A stretch of DNA of 47,341 nt from positions 1 through 47,341 of IMG/VR virus record IMGVR_UViG_3300045450_000074; one strand, given 5' to 3'. The DNA is from a virus. Below the pieces are notes generated by a model. It saw nothing but the letters and a program-made list of their open reading frames with translations, had not been told where the DNA came from and did no database searches. The position numbers were made by a program, and so were the translations under genes. Of the stretch, positions 33,498 to 42,411 are shown piece after piece; within the stretch, counting starts at the first letter, position 1, and every line of letters starts with the position of its first letter.

Positions 33498-34213
33498 AGC
33501 TTCCCGAGCTGCAACAGCGCCTCAAGGACACGCGTCGATATGGTGGCGCGGTCGACGGCATCTATGGCCGCCTCACCGACGCCGGCATCCTCCTGGCGCT
33601 CACCGATGGACCGGACACCGTCGTCACCTTGGAGGACATGGCCAACGCGGCGAAGCGGATCGGCGTGCAGACGGCCGCGATCCGCGCATTCTGGAAGGTC
33701 GAGGCGAACGGCGCGGGGTTCCAAGGCGGCCGGCCGAAAATCCTCCCCGAGCCGCATCGCTTTTCCAAGAACACCGGCGGCCGGTTCGACCTGACGAACC
33801 CGACGATCTCCTATCCGAAATGGGGCGCCCGCCCGTACCCCTCGACCCAAGATGCCCGGTACGACGTCTTGCTTGCGTGGGTGCGGCTGCTCGCCGGCAA
33901 GAGCATGGACCTCGACGCGGCGTTCGCCTCGGCGAGCTACGGCGCGCCGCAGATCATGGGCGAGAACGCCGAGCTATGCGGTTACGCGGACGCCTTCGCA
34001 TTCGCCGAGGCGATGGCGAGGGACGAGGCGACACAGCTCGACGCGTTCATCGCGTTCGTCGACCACGCCGGCATTCTCCCCTCGCTTCGCTTGGTCGACC
34101 GCAGCGCGAACAGTTGGGCGCCGGTTGCGCGGCGGTACAACGGGAGCGCATATGCGGCGAACCGCTACCACGAGAAGATGGCCGCCGCTTTCGCCGCGTT
34201 CGGCGGCCGATAG
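33494..34213 (+). CDS. endolysin: peptidoglycan-binding domain plus DUF3380 N-acetylmuramidase
   Basis: ORF track. DGIYG PG-binding motif. WKVEANGAGF...PEPHRF...ASYGAPQIMGEN...RRYNGSAYAANRYHEKM matches the DUF3380 pattern. Confidence 0.85.
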   Translation: MKLPELQQRLKDTRRYGGAVDGIYGRLTDAGILLALTDGPDTVVTLEDMANAAKRIGVQTAAIRAFWKVEANGAGFQGGRPKILPEPHRFSKNTGGRFDLTNPTISYPKWGARPYPSTQDARYDVLLAWVRLLAGKSMDLDAAFASASYGAPQIMGENAELCGYADAFAFAEAMARDEATQLDAFIAFVDHAGILPSLRLVDRSANSWAPVARRYNGSAYAANRYHEKMAAAFAAFGGR

Positions 34214-34222
34214 GAGAAAACG

Positions 34223-34609
34223 ATGGCCGACTATGATCCCTATTCGAGCGCCGAGGATGCGCTACCGACCCAACTCCCGCAAATCGAGATCAACCCGAGC
34301 GCGATCCGCACCCTCCTCCTCATGCTGATCCGCGTCGTCGCAATCGTTGCGACCGCGTTCGGCTCGATCGTCGCTTTCCTCAAGACCCGCGACCTCGTCG
34401 GCTTGGTCAACTGGATCAAGAGCGAGGAATTCGTCCAAGTCCTTACCGCGCTCGGCCTCCTCGTGTCGTTCGGCTCGTCGGTATGGGTGACGCTCGCCCG
34501 CAAGTGGCGGGAGGTCTACCTCGGCCGGCACGTCAAGGACGAGATCGCGATCGTCAAGGATGCGACCCCGGCGCCGAGCGTCGAAGCGATCATCCCGCCG
34601 GCCGCCTGA
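34223..34609 (+). CDS. two-TM membrane protein (128 aa), possible holin/antiholin
   Basis: ORF track with an AGGAGA RBS. Two hydrophobic helices. Confidence 0.6.
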   Translation: MADYDPYSSAEDALPTQLPQIEINPSAIRTLLLMLIRVVAIVATAFGSIVAFLKTRDLVGLVNWIKSEEFVQVLTALGLLVSFGSSVWVTLARKWREVYLGRHVKDEIAIVKDATPAPSVEAIIPPAA

Positions 34610-34955
34610 CGCGCTGGCGGTCGAAATACCGGGCGCCGTCCGCGAGCAAGGTCTCCATATAGGCCAGCGCGGACGGCCTCCCCGCCTTGCGATCCTCGTC
34701 GACATATCCCCGCGCGATGGCAGTAAGCTCGCGCATAGCCTTCGCCGCGATCGGGTCGACACCCGAATGGCCGCCGCCCTTCCCCTCGATCCACGCGAGG
34801 ACGTAAGGCGCCAGCACCTTACCCCGCGCCATACGACGCCGCTCGTGCGCGACCCGGTGCGGGGTCGAACAGAACGTCGCGCCGCGCGTCGTCGGGAACG
34901 AGCATCCGCATTCCGCGCAGGATGCGATTTGCGGGGCATTCTTGACGCGGGGCAT
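34590..34955 (-). CDS. zinc-ribbon protein (121 aa), possible regulator
   Basis: Internal ATG of ORF 34590..35000 with a GAGGTG RBS. Has CAECGC...FCS..H. A lone minus-strand gene convergent with the lysis genes. Confidence 0.55.
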   Translation of the reverse strand: MPRVKNAPQIASCAECGCSFPTTRGATFCSTPHRVAHERRRMARGKVLAPYVLAWIEGKGGGHSGVDPIAAKAMRELTAIARGYVDEDRKAGRPSALAYMETLLADGARYFDRQRVRRPAG

Positions 34956-35068
34956 AGATGACACCTCAACCGGGTTAGTGACAATCGCGCGTAACGTCAC
35001 AACGTTCCGTTTGCAAGGATCGTGGATCGTTCTATGCCGATGCGGGCATATCGCCCCGAGGACGTTCT

Positions 35069-35524
35069 ATGCGCCGCCTGATCCTATTCGCCGCCGCCCT
35101 ATCGCTCACCGCATGCGCGACCGCGCCAAGCGCTCCGCCGGCCACCGCCGGCCCCTCCGCCACCCCGGACCGCGGCGACGCGATCCTCGCCGTTGCCGGC
35201 ACCGCCGCGGCCGTGGCTGACGCCATGGACGTCGCCCCGCCGGCCAGCGTGACGACCCGCACCACGATCGACGAGAAGGCGATCCGCATCGCGTTCAAGA
35301 CGTTCGACGCCACGCTCACCGTGATCGACGCTTTCGTCGCAACCGGGCAGATCGTGCCGGGGACGCCCCAGGCGCTAACCCTCAAGCGCGGGGTCCTCGC
35401 CACAAAGGACGCGCTCAACGCCGCCAGCGCCGCGCAGCGCGCCGGATCGGCGACGTCGTACACGGCCGCACTCGTTCGCGCGGAACAGGCGTTGACCGCC
35501 GTCCGCTCCGCCCTCGCTCGATAG
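35069..35524 (+). CDS. lipoprotein (151 aa)
   Basis: GAGGAC RBS. MRRLILFAAALSLTAC contains a lipobox. The mature part is helical and Ala-rich. Confidence 0.7.
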   Translation: MRRLILFAAALSLTACATAPSAPPATAGPSATPDRGDAILAVAGTAAAVADAMDVAPPASVTTRTTIDEKAIRIAFKTFDATLTVIDAFVATGQIVPGTPQALTLKRGVLATKDALNAASAAQRAGSATSYTAALVRAEQALTAVRSALAR

Positions 35525-35534
35525 GAGAATCACC

Positions 35535-35771
35535 TTGAACAAGTCTGCACTGATCGGCTCGATCATCGAAACGGCGAAGGCGATTGCGCCCCTCGTCCCC
35601 ATGGGCGCCCAGGGCCTTGCCGCCGGCCGCGCCGTTCTCAACCTGATCGACGAGGTCAAGGAGACCGCCGGGGCGGCCCCGGAGAAGATCGCCGAGTTCG
35701 AGGCGACGCGCGAGGAAATGGAGCGCGCGGTCAACGCGCACGCCGACCGGACGGCCGCCTCGCTCGGCTGA
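35535..35771 (+). CDS. hypothetical protein (78 aa)
   Basis: TTG start with an AGGAGA RBS 8 nt upstream. Confidence 0.5.
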   Translation: MNKSALIGSIIETAKAIAPLVPMGAQGLAAGRAVLNLIDEVKETAGAAPEKIAEFEATREEMERAVNAHADRTAASLG

Positions 35772-35779
35772 CATGAGAA

Positions 35780-35808
35780 GGGCGGGGGATCGCTCCCCCG
35801 CCCGTTTC
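35780..35808. terminator. bidirectional terminator hairpin between convergent genes
   Basis: Perfect 10-bp stem, gggcggggga (35780-35789) paired with tcccccgccc (35794-35803). 4-nt loop, then gtttc. Confidence 0.65.
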
Positions 35809-36082
35809 ACCGATCCCCAAAAAGGTCCGGCTTGTGCGCCCCCATTACAGGGGGCTTGAGAAGCTTCTCGTCGACGTCCTCGCCTGTCACCTTGCCGAGG
35901 ATGAGCTTGCACTCGAACCGCGGCTTATCGACGATCGCGACGACCTCGACCCGCTTCCAACCGTCGCTTCGGTTGTCCGGAACCTTCACCTGATCGCCGA
36001 CCGTCACCGGTGGCCCGTCGTTCGCATAGGTATAGGTCCGTTGATCCTCTGGCCGGAACCGCACCGCTACAAATTGCCGCAT
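35807..36082 (-). CDS. hypothetical protein (91-93 aa)
   Basis: ORF 35807..36088. ATG 36082 has a GAGAGGA RBS. The alternative GTG 36088 overlaps the upstream stop. Confidence 0.55.
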   Translation of the reverse strand: MRQFVAVRFRPEDQRTYTYANDGPPVTVGDQVKVPDNRSDGWKRVEVVAIVDKPRFECKLILGKVTGEDVDEKLLKPPVMGAHKPDLFGDR

Positions 36083-36084
36083 AG

Positions 36085-37161
36085 TCACTCCTCTCCCGGA
36101 AACGTGTCGTCGTCATCATCGCCGGCCGGGTCCTCGTCGATCTGCTCGTCCTCGGGCGGCGACAGCTCGGCAAGCCGCTTGCTGTTCGCCGTGAGTATGC
36201 GATCGTAAAGCGCCGGCTGCTCCTCCCGCATACGGTCGACGAACGCCGCCACACGCTCGCCGCGCTGGAAGGCGATGAGCTGATCGCGCCCGTTCTCCCG
36301 GTCGTCGGCGCCGCCCTCCAACTTGCCGACGTTCGCCAGCGCCGCGACATAGTCGTCGGTCATCTGCTCAGGCGACCGCTTGCCCTTGGGCGCGGCGGTC
36401 TCCTCGAATTGGCCCATTTGCCAGCGCGCGAGCGCCTCGCCGAAATCCTCCTCAAGGACCATGCCGCGCTTGATATAGCGGGCGAGAAACTCGGGATACT
36501 TGAGGACGAAATCCTCGCCCTCTTTCGGCGATTGCCACAGCGCGACGCCGTTCGAGCGCGGGGGCAGGAGGCACGTTAGGTCGAGCGTGTGGACGATCTC
36601 GGCCGGCGCAATCGGGACGTAGCCGATCGGGATGACCTTTTTGCGACCGCCCTCGACCACCTGTTTCGTCTTCTCGCGAGCGCGGAACGTGAAGATAAGC
36701 GGGATGCTGACTTGCTGGATACCGGCGATGAGTTTGCGGCGGCTGGCACTAGGCTTTTTCCATGCCGCCCATTCGTTGCCGCCCGACTTCGGGACCTCCT
36801 CGTCATGCCAATCCAGATAGCCGCCCTCGCCCTCATGCTCGTCGGAGAGGGAGTCGATCACGATCGCGGCGGGGTTGAGCTTGGCGACCTCGCGAATGAA
36901 TTCGATGAACATTTCGGGCTTGAACGGCGGCGACAGCTCGAAATGCCGGAAGTCGTGGCCGTTCGGGTTGCGGGGGCCGCGCAGGTACTTGAGCGCCCGG
37001 CCGCGCTCGGTATCGCCGAGGATGATATCCCCGCCCCGGACGCGCTGCATACCCTCGGCCGTGCGAAGGGCGGATTTCGTCTTGCCGCCCCCAGGCGGCC
37101 CCATGTAGCCGAGGAGGAGGGGCGGGACATAGGTCCCGAGCGCGGTCTCGCGATAGCCCAT
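36085..37161 (-). CDS. Sak4-like (AAA_24) RecA-fold recombination ATPase
   Basis: Internal ATG of ORF 36085..37323 (TAATG junction). Walker A GPPGGGKT and Walker B AAIVIDSLSD. Confidence 0.8.
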   Translation of the reverse strand: MGYRETALGTYVPPLLLGYMGPPGGGKTKSALRTAEGMQRVRGGDIILGDTERGRALKYLRGPRNPNGHDFRHFELSPPFKPEMFIEFIREVAKLNPAAIVIDSLSDEHEGEGGYLDWHDEEVPKSGGNEWAAWKKPSASRRKLIAGIQQVSIPLIFTFRAREKTKQVVEGGRKKVIPIGYVPIAPAEIVHTLDLTCLLPPRSNGVALWQSPKEGEDFVLKYPEFLARYIKRGMVLEEDFGEALARWQMGQFEETAAPKGKRSPEQMTDDYVAALANVGKLEGGADDRENGRDQLIAFQRGERVAAFVDRMREEQPALYDRILTANSKRLAELSPPEDEQIDEDPAGDDDDDTFPGEE

Positions 37162-38135
37162 TACACCGCCTCCCCGAGTTCCATCGCTTCGCGGCGCTTG
37201 TCTTCCCACACGGGGAGTTGAACGAACGCGGTCTCCTCGAACCCCGGCCACCGGCCGGCGTAGAGGCACGCGCCGAACCGCTCCATAGCGATCCGGCATT
37301 GCTTCACCGCGGACGCTTCCCAAGCCTTTTCGAGCCGCACCATTCGCGACGTGAACGGCGCCTCGGGCTTAATCATGAGGTCGGCGAATTTGATATGGCC
37401 GGGCTTGCCGAGGATCGTCCCGACCGCATGCGGATAGAGCGCCGCCTGACGATCCCACCCCATGCTTACGAGGTGACGCTCGACCTTGCCGTCGTACAGC
37501 ATGGCCGTAACCTTGGGGTCGAGGATGACGCCCAACTCCTCGCACCACACGTCCATGAGGCCGCGGACCCATACCGGCCCCGCCTGGGTCATTTCCTGAT
37601 ACAGGAACGCGACTTCGGTCTGATAGCTGGCGCCTTGGAGCGCCTCCTCGATCCGCTCGACGATGACCTCGGCCATGATCTCGGCCTCCTCGAAATCGGT
37701 CCGCTTGATCGGGACGAGGCCGTCGGCGACCGCGCGCTCCTTGAACGACTTGGCCTCCTTAGTGCGCCAATCGGCGAAATCGCCTACCGCAAAGCCCTTG
37801 CCCTTGCCGAGCGCGAGCTGGTGGACGACGTCGCCGCGCCGCGCCGCGACGGATTCGAGAATACGCTCCTCGGCGCCCTCCGGGTTGAGCTGCGAATTGT
37901 TGAACGCGAAGTCGAGCGGGGTCTCGTCCAAGAGCCGGCGCATCTGCCCTTGCGAGAGCGTGATCTCGTCGGTCTTGAGACCGCCGAAGTCGCCGCGATG
38001 ATACGCCTCGATATTCACGTCGGGGAACAGCCCCCACCGCGAGCGGTCGATCCCCGGATGCTCAGGGGCGGGCGGTTTGCGCTCGCCCGACATGCCGAAA
38101 TCGTCGTGGAATTCGGCGAGAGGTTGTTCGGTCAT
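37161..38135 (-). CDS. PD-(D/E)XK (RecB/Cas4-like) exonuclease
   Basis: Internal ATG of ORF 37161..38270 with an AAGGAG RBS. Has MDVW...ILDPKV and QAALY (QxxxY) motifs. Confidence 0.7.
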   Translation of the reverse strand: MTEQPLAEFHDDFGMSGERKPPAPEHPGIDRSRWGLFPDVNIEAYHRGDFGGLKTDEITLSQGQMRRLLDETPLDFAFNNSQLNPEGAEERILESVAARRGDVVHQLALGKGKGFAVGDFADWRTKEAKSFKERAVADGLVPIKRTDFEEAEIMAEVIVERIEEALQGASYQTEVAFLYQEMTQAGPVWVRGLMDVWCEELGVILDPKVTAMLYDGKVERHLVSMGWDRQAALYPHAVGTILGKPGHIKFADLMIKPEAPFTSRMVRLEKAWEASAVKQCRIAMERFGACLYAGRWPGFEETAFVQLPVWEDKRREAMELGEAV

Positions 38136-38136
38136 C

Positions 38137-38328
38137 TTATGCGCTCCTTGTGCGAATGGCGGACGGGCCGCCGTAATGGTCAATCGTATCGTCAATGCGA
38201 TCCGCCACGCGGCGGAGGCTGATCGCAATGGAGACGAGCGCGACGAGGTCGTCGCTCGCGCCGTCACCAATCATCGCCTTCGCGTCCGGCTCGATCATGT
38301 CGGCGGTCGCGTCGGTCAACGCGGTCAC
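38137..38328 (-). CDS. hypothetical acidic protein (63 aa)
   Basis: ORF track. GTGA overlap with the upstream stop. Confidence 0.45.
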   Translation of the reverse strand: MTALTDATADMIEPDAKAMIGDGASDDLVALVSIAISLRRVADRIDDTIDHYGGPSAIRTRSA

Positions 38329-39884
38329 TCGCCGCCGCCGAACAGGTCGCCGGCCGGCTTGGTCGTAAACTCGCGCATGGCGGTCGAGCGGCGCCGGGTC
38401 GGCTCCGCGGCCGGTTCACGCGCCAGACCGTCGCGACCCTCGACGAGCGTCGCCCGTTGTGCGGTCGCCTCGGCCGCCGATGCCGGCGACGCGGGGGCCT
38501 TAACCTCCTCCGCCTCGCCCTTCGGCCGGCGCCGCTTCGGCGGATCGAACCGCTCCGGCTCAGGCGCCCCGCGCACCGCGCCGGCTTCCATGATGATCCC
38601 GGAGCCGTCTCCCTCGCCGACGGACTCGAGCCACACCTGATACCGCTCGCCGGCCGCCAACTCCTTGACGAGCGCGAGGCCGTTCGCGTCGAGGAGCGAG
38701 CCGTCCCGGATCAGCATGACGCGCAAGGTCGGGTTGGCCGCCATCGCAAGGCGCATGGACACGCGGAGCTTTTGCGCGCCGGACGATTGCGCGAACGGCT
38801 CGCCCTCATAGACGACGATCAGGTCCTCGGCGGTCTCGCCGGGGACGACGTCGCAGATGCGGGCGAGCGACAGGCCGGGGACCGGCATTTCCGCCTCGGC
38901 GAGGGCATCGGCGCGGAGCTTGGCGCGCTCGGCCATCGCCTCCGTATATTCGCGGCTGGTCGCGCGGAGCGCCTCAAGCTCGGCGGAGAGCCGGTCGCGA
39001 GCCTCCTTGCGCTCGAACCGCGCGATCGTGGCGCGGGCCTCGGCGATCGCTGCACCGGCCGCGGTCGTGTCGATCGGCTCGTCGAGAGGGGGGAGCGCCT
39101 CAAGCGCTTCCATCGAAACGAGACCATTCGCGATGATCCGGGCGCCACTATCGCGAAGCTCGGCAATGCGCGCCTCAAGCCGCGTCACCTCGGCGTCAAT
39201 CTCACCGCAGCGGACGCGCCCCTCCTCGATCCGCGCGACCTCCGACAGGCGCCGCATTCGCTCGCGGTCAATGGCCGTATTGACCTCGGCCGCGCTGGCG
39301 AGCGTCGCCGTGAGCGCGTCGACGTCCGGCCGCTCCTCCGGGAGGTCTGTCTCGACCGGGATCGCGTCGACCCGCGCCGCCAACGCCTTGCCATCGCGGT
39401 TCACGTCACGGCGGGCGGCCGTGTCGGCCTTGTCGGCGGCGGCGAGCTGGTCGAGGTCGACCTTGAGCGGCACGAGGCGGCGAAGCTCGACGGCCTGATC
39501 CTTGGGCGTCATGCGGGCAAATTCGAGCGGGTCGAACGTCATGCGGCCGAGCAGCTCGGCGGCCTTGGTCTGACCGGCCTTGAATTCGGCGCCGTCGGCG
39601 GTCGTTACGCGGAGCTTCTCGCCGACCTCGTCGAAGTATTTTTCGACAATCAGGTCGGGCTTGCCGTCGCCGATCGTCAACCGGATCGCGGCGAAGTCGT
39701 CGCCGGTGCGGATCGGCTTGATCGGCGCAGCGTCGGCGCCGCCGAGCGCGGCCATGATGGATTCGAGGAGAGACGTTTTGCCCTCCCCGTTATTGCCGCG
39801 GACCTCGACCACGTCCGATTCCGGCGTGATATCGAGAGCGGTGACGCGCTGGAAACCTTGCGTCTGTAGGCGAATAATCCTCAT
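38325..39884 (-). CDS. SMC/SbcC/RecN-like coiled-coil ATPase (519 aa)
   Basis: Internal ATG of ORF 38325..40007 with a GAGGAA RBS. Has GNNGEGKTS Walker A, a long coiled coil, an SGAQK signature and Walker B VMLIRDG. Confidence 0.8.
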   Translation of the reverse strand: MRIIRLQTQGFQRVTALDITPESDVVEVRGNNGEGKTSLLESIMAALGGADAAPIKPIRTGDDFAAIRLTIGDGKPDLIVEKYFDEVGEKLRVTTADGAEFKAGQTKAAELLGRMTFDPLEFARMTPKDQAVELRRLVPLKVDLDQLAAADKADTAARRDVNRDGKALAARVDAIPVETDLPEERPDVDALTATLASAAEVNTAIDRERMRRLSEVARIEEGRVRCGEIDAEVTRLEARIAELRDSGARIIANGLVSMEALEALPPLDEPIDTTAAGAAIAEARATIARFERKEARDRLSAELEALRATSREYTEAMAERAKLRADALAEAEMPVPGLSLARICDVVPGETAEDLIVVYEGEPFAQSSGAQKLRVSMRLAMAANPTLRVMLIRDGSLLDANGLALVKELAAGERYQVWLESVGEGDGSGIIMEAGAVRGAPEPERFDPPKRRRPKGEAEEVKAPASPASAAEATAQRATLVEGRDGLAREPAAEPTRRRSTAMREFTTKPAGDLFGGGE

Positions 39885-39931
39885 CGTTCGTTCCTCGTGT
39901 TGGGGGCCGGCGCGATGCCGACCCCTCGGGA

Positions 39932-40159
39932 TCAATCCTCGTCCGCCGGGGGCGGGGGCGGCGCGGCCGGCGTCTCGTCGGCGGGCAGCTCGTCGGCCGG
40001 GTTCCACAGCTTAGTGCCGGACGCGAGAGCCTCCTCGACCTCCTCGCCGGTGAGCGCCTTTGCCTCGACGACGACGGCGTCGATCGCCTCCGTCTTGCTC
40101 TTGGCGCGCAACAAGACCGGCGTCGCCCGGCCCTTCATCTTCACTCGATAGACGGCCAT
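39932..40159 (-). CDS. hypothetical protein (75 aa), first gene of the leftward early operon
   Basis: Internal ATG of ORF 39932..40195, preceded by AAAGGAGGA. Confidence 0.55.
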   Translation of the reverse strand: MAVYRVKMKGRATPVLLRAKSKTEAIDAVVVEAKALTGEEVEEALASGTKLWNPADELPADETPAAPPPPPADED

Positions 40160-40312
40160 CCCGTCCTCCTTTGCATCGTTGATCGCTCGCGACATTGCGC
40201 CGCTTGCGTAAAAATCATGCGTCGGCCGACAATCTTACGCAAGCGGTTTTTACGCTAGACGCGCAATCAATCGTGCGCGATATGCGTAACCCCGACAACG
40301 TGAGGACCGCGA
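40160..40312. promoter_or_regulatory. divergent early control region with inverted repeats
   Basis: ccgcttgcgtaa (40200-40211) is the reverse complement of ttacgcaagcgg (40235-40246). gcgtaaaaa (40206-40214) is the reverse complement of tttttacgc (40247-40255). tgcgtaac lies at 40283-40290. Confidence 0.6.
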
Positions 40313-40588
40313 ATGCGACAGAACAATCCCAAGGTGGACCCGGAGTCCCCGGCGGCGAAAATCGCCGCAAAATTCGACCGGCGCGGCAACCCCCGCGCGT
40401 CTGGCCTGGCGAACGCCCTCGGCAAGACGCCGTCGACCGTGCAACGCTGGCTCGAAAAGGGCTTCATTCCCGCGGAAAACCATGGCGAAGTCGTCACCGC
40501 GGCGCGATCCAGCAAGATCACGATCAAGCCCGAGGATTTCGTCGACGCCCGCGCGTTCGAGAAGGTGAAGGCCGAGGCGTCGGCGTGA
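40313..40588 (+). CDS. Cro/YdaS-like HTH DNA-binding protein (91 aa)
   Basis: ORF track with a TGAGGA RBS. LANALGKTPSTVQRWLEKGFIP is HTH-like. Confidence 0.6.
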   Translation: MRQNNPKVDPESPAAKIAAKFDRRGNPRASGLANALGKTPSTVQRWLEKGFIPAENHGEVVTAARSSKITIKPEDFVDARAFEKVKAEASA

Positions 40589-41283
40589 CTAAGCGGCTCA
40601 ACGGCGCGGGCAAGCCGGGGCAGTATCCGCGCGATCCGTACGACTGGTACAAGGAACCGCCCGAGGCGGTCGAGGCGCTGTTCGACGCGCTCGATTTCGG
40701 CGGCGACCTGATATTCGATCCGTCATGCGGTAGCGGGAACATCCTCGACGTCGCCAAGCGGCGCGGACACCTCACGGCCGGCGCCGACGTGATCGACCGC
40801 CACGCCCGCCACCCGTTCCAGCGCGGCAATTTCCTGCTCTCCTCGCGCTTTCCCGGTCCGCACGACCGGGCGCTCTCGATCGTCAACAACCCGCCGTATA
40901 ACTACGTCGACGGAATCGCCGAGCAATTCATCCACAAGGCGTTGGCCGACGTGCCGTTCCGGCTCGCCGCGTTCCTCCTGCCGATCGAATTTGCGTGCGG
41001 GCAGGGTCGATACGAGCGCCTCTATTCCAAGCGCCCCCCGGCCTATGTCGGGTTCCTCATGCAACGGCCGAGCATGCCGCCCGGCGCCATGGTCGAGGAC
41101 CTCGGCGACGCGGCATATCGCAACGGGATGGCGGACTATGTGTGGCTCGTCTGGAAGGACGGCGGCCCCTACGCCACCCAAGCTATTTTCATGCCGCCCC
41201 CGAAGGCGCGCAAACCGGAATCGCAGCGCAGAATCAAGCGCGGATCGCTCGCCGAGCGTCTCGGCATCACCAAGAGGAATTGA
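40585..41283 (+). CDS. DNA N6-adenine methyltransferase
   Basis: GTGA overlap and in frame with ORF 40195..41283. DPSCGSG (SAM-binding) and NPPY (catalytic) motifs. Confidence 0.8.
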   Translation: MTKRLNGAGKPGQYPRDPYDWYKEPPEAVEALFDALDFGGDLIFDPSCGSGNILDVAKRRGHLTAGADVIDRHARHPFQRGNFLLSSRFPGPHDRALSIVNNPPYNYVDGIAEQFIHKALADVPFRLAAFLLPIEFACGQGRYERLYSKRPPAYVGFLMQRPSMPPGAMVEDLGDAAYRNGMADYVWLVWKDGGPYATQAIFMPPPKARKPESQRRIKRGSLAERLGITKRN

Positions 41284-41287
41284 GCAT

Positions 41288-42343
41288 ATGACCGAACCTG
41301 ACCCCCTCGACGCGCTCGCGATCGGCGTCGCCGAGGACCACAAGGCGACGAAGCGCGGGGGCAAAAAGGCTCAGGCCGCCGCCGCGGAAGCGAAGGCTGA
41401 GGCGACCGAAGCCGGATCGACCAAGGAGGAGGCCGAGGCTCTCGCGACCGTTGTCGAGGAGAAGGTCGAGGGCGCCACCGATGCGCCCGTCCCGCCCGCG
41501 CCCGGCGAGGATGCCGAGACCGTGTTCGACCGCCGGCTCGAACGCCTCGAACGGCTCGTCGAGGAGGCCGATTTCGAGACCGGCTCCGCGTTCGGCGATC
41601 TCCGCGACGTCGTCGTCGACCTGTTCAAGCATCGCCCGAAAATCTGGTCGATGATGAGCAAGAGCGAACAGCAGGACGCGCTACGCACGATCGAGGCCGC
41701 GGCGAAACGGATCATCACCAAGGTCGTCCTCGTCGTCGCCCAAGAGGACAGCGACGCTATCGAGGCGACGTTCCTCGGCAACTTCACCGTCAAGGGCGAC
41801 GCGATCGAGGCAAAGGTCAAGATCGACAGCATCGACGGCGACACGCTGCTCGACGCCTACCGCCTCGCCGGTCATCGCGTGATGATTATCAGCGCGGACG
41901 ACAAGCGGTTCATGAGCGCCCGCCGCGAGGTCGAGGTCATGGACGATCAACGCTCGCTTTTCGGCGGCGACGTCAAGGAAACGGCCGCCGCGCCGACACC
42001 GGCGCAGGACCCGAAGTCGGAGCCGAGCGACGATGACCTCGCCGACGGCGACGCCGGCCCGAGCGCGGTCGAGGCGGCGCAGGACGCGGCGACCGATGGC
42101 GACGATTGGGGCGTCTACGACAGCGGCGGCGAGGAATGGCTTGAGGCACTTCCTGGCACGGATGAAATGGACTCGTGGACCGGCAATTCCGGTAGCGCGC
42201 TCCGCATGACGCACGAGGAGGCCGCAAAGCTTGCGGACGAATACGGCGGGGGCGCGTTCGGCCCGCGCAAACTGGGGGACGACCCGGCCGCACCGGCGGA
42301 TGAGGAGAAGATGGTCGGCGATACTGGCCACCTCGACAACTGA
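41288..42343 (+). CDS. hypothetical highly acidic protein (351 aa)
   Basis: Internal ATG of ORF 40991..42343. Confidence 0.6.
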   Translation: MTEPDPLDALAIGVAEDHKATKRGGKKAQAAAAEAKAEATEAGSTKEEAEALATVVEEKVEGATDAPVPPAPGEDAETVFDRRLERLERLVEEADFETGSAFGDLRDVVVDLFKHRPKIWSMMSKSEQQDALRTIEAAAKRIITKVVLVVAQEDSDAIEATFLGNFTVKGDAIEAKVKIDSIDGDTLLDAYRLAGHRVMIISADDKRFMSARREVEVMDDQRSLFGGDVKETAAAPTPAQDPKSEPSDDDLADGDAGPSAVEAAQDAATDGDDWGVYDSGGEEWLEALPGTDEMDSWTGNSGSALRMTHEEAAKLADEYGGGAFGPRKLGDDPAAPADEEKMVGDTGHLDN

Positions 42344-42411
42344 TCGGCTCCCGGACCCCGTCGGCGCGAGCTGGCGGGGCGAGGATAGACGATCTTGAAA
42401 GGATGCTTTCC

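Noticed and set aside
35069-35524. 151-aa lipoprotein considered as an o-spanin or u-spanin
   Set aside because: It is separated from the lysis genes by an antisense gene. It is much larger than typical o-spanins, lacks the C-terminal TM of u-spanins, and no i-spanin partner is evident. It is kept as a generic lipoprotein.
38457-39869. 470-aa plus-strand ORF opposite the SMC-like ATPase. Others lie at 37218..38222, 36589..37221, 2478..3716(-), 9502..10731(-) and 25902..26870(-).
   Set aside because: The reasoning is the same. Each is antisense to a gene with recognisable motifs, and none has motif content of its own.
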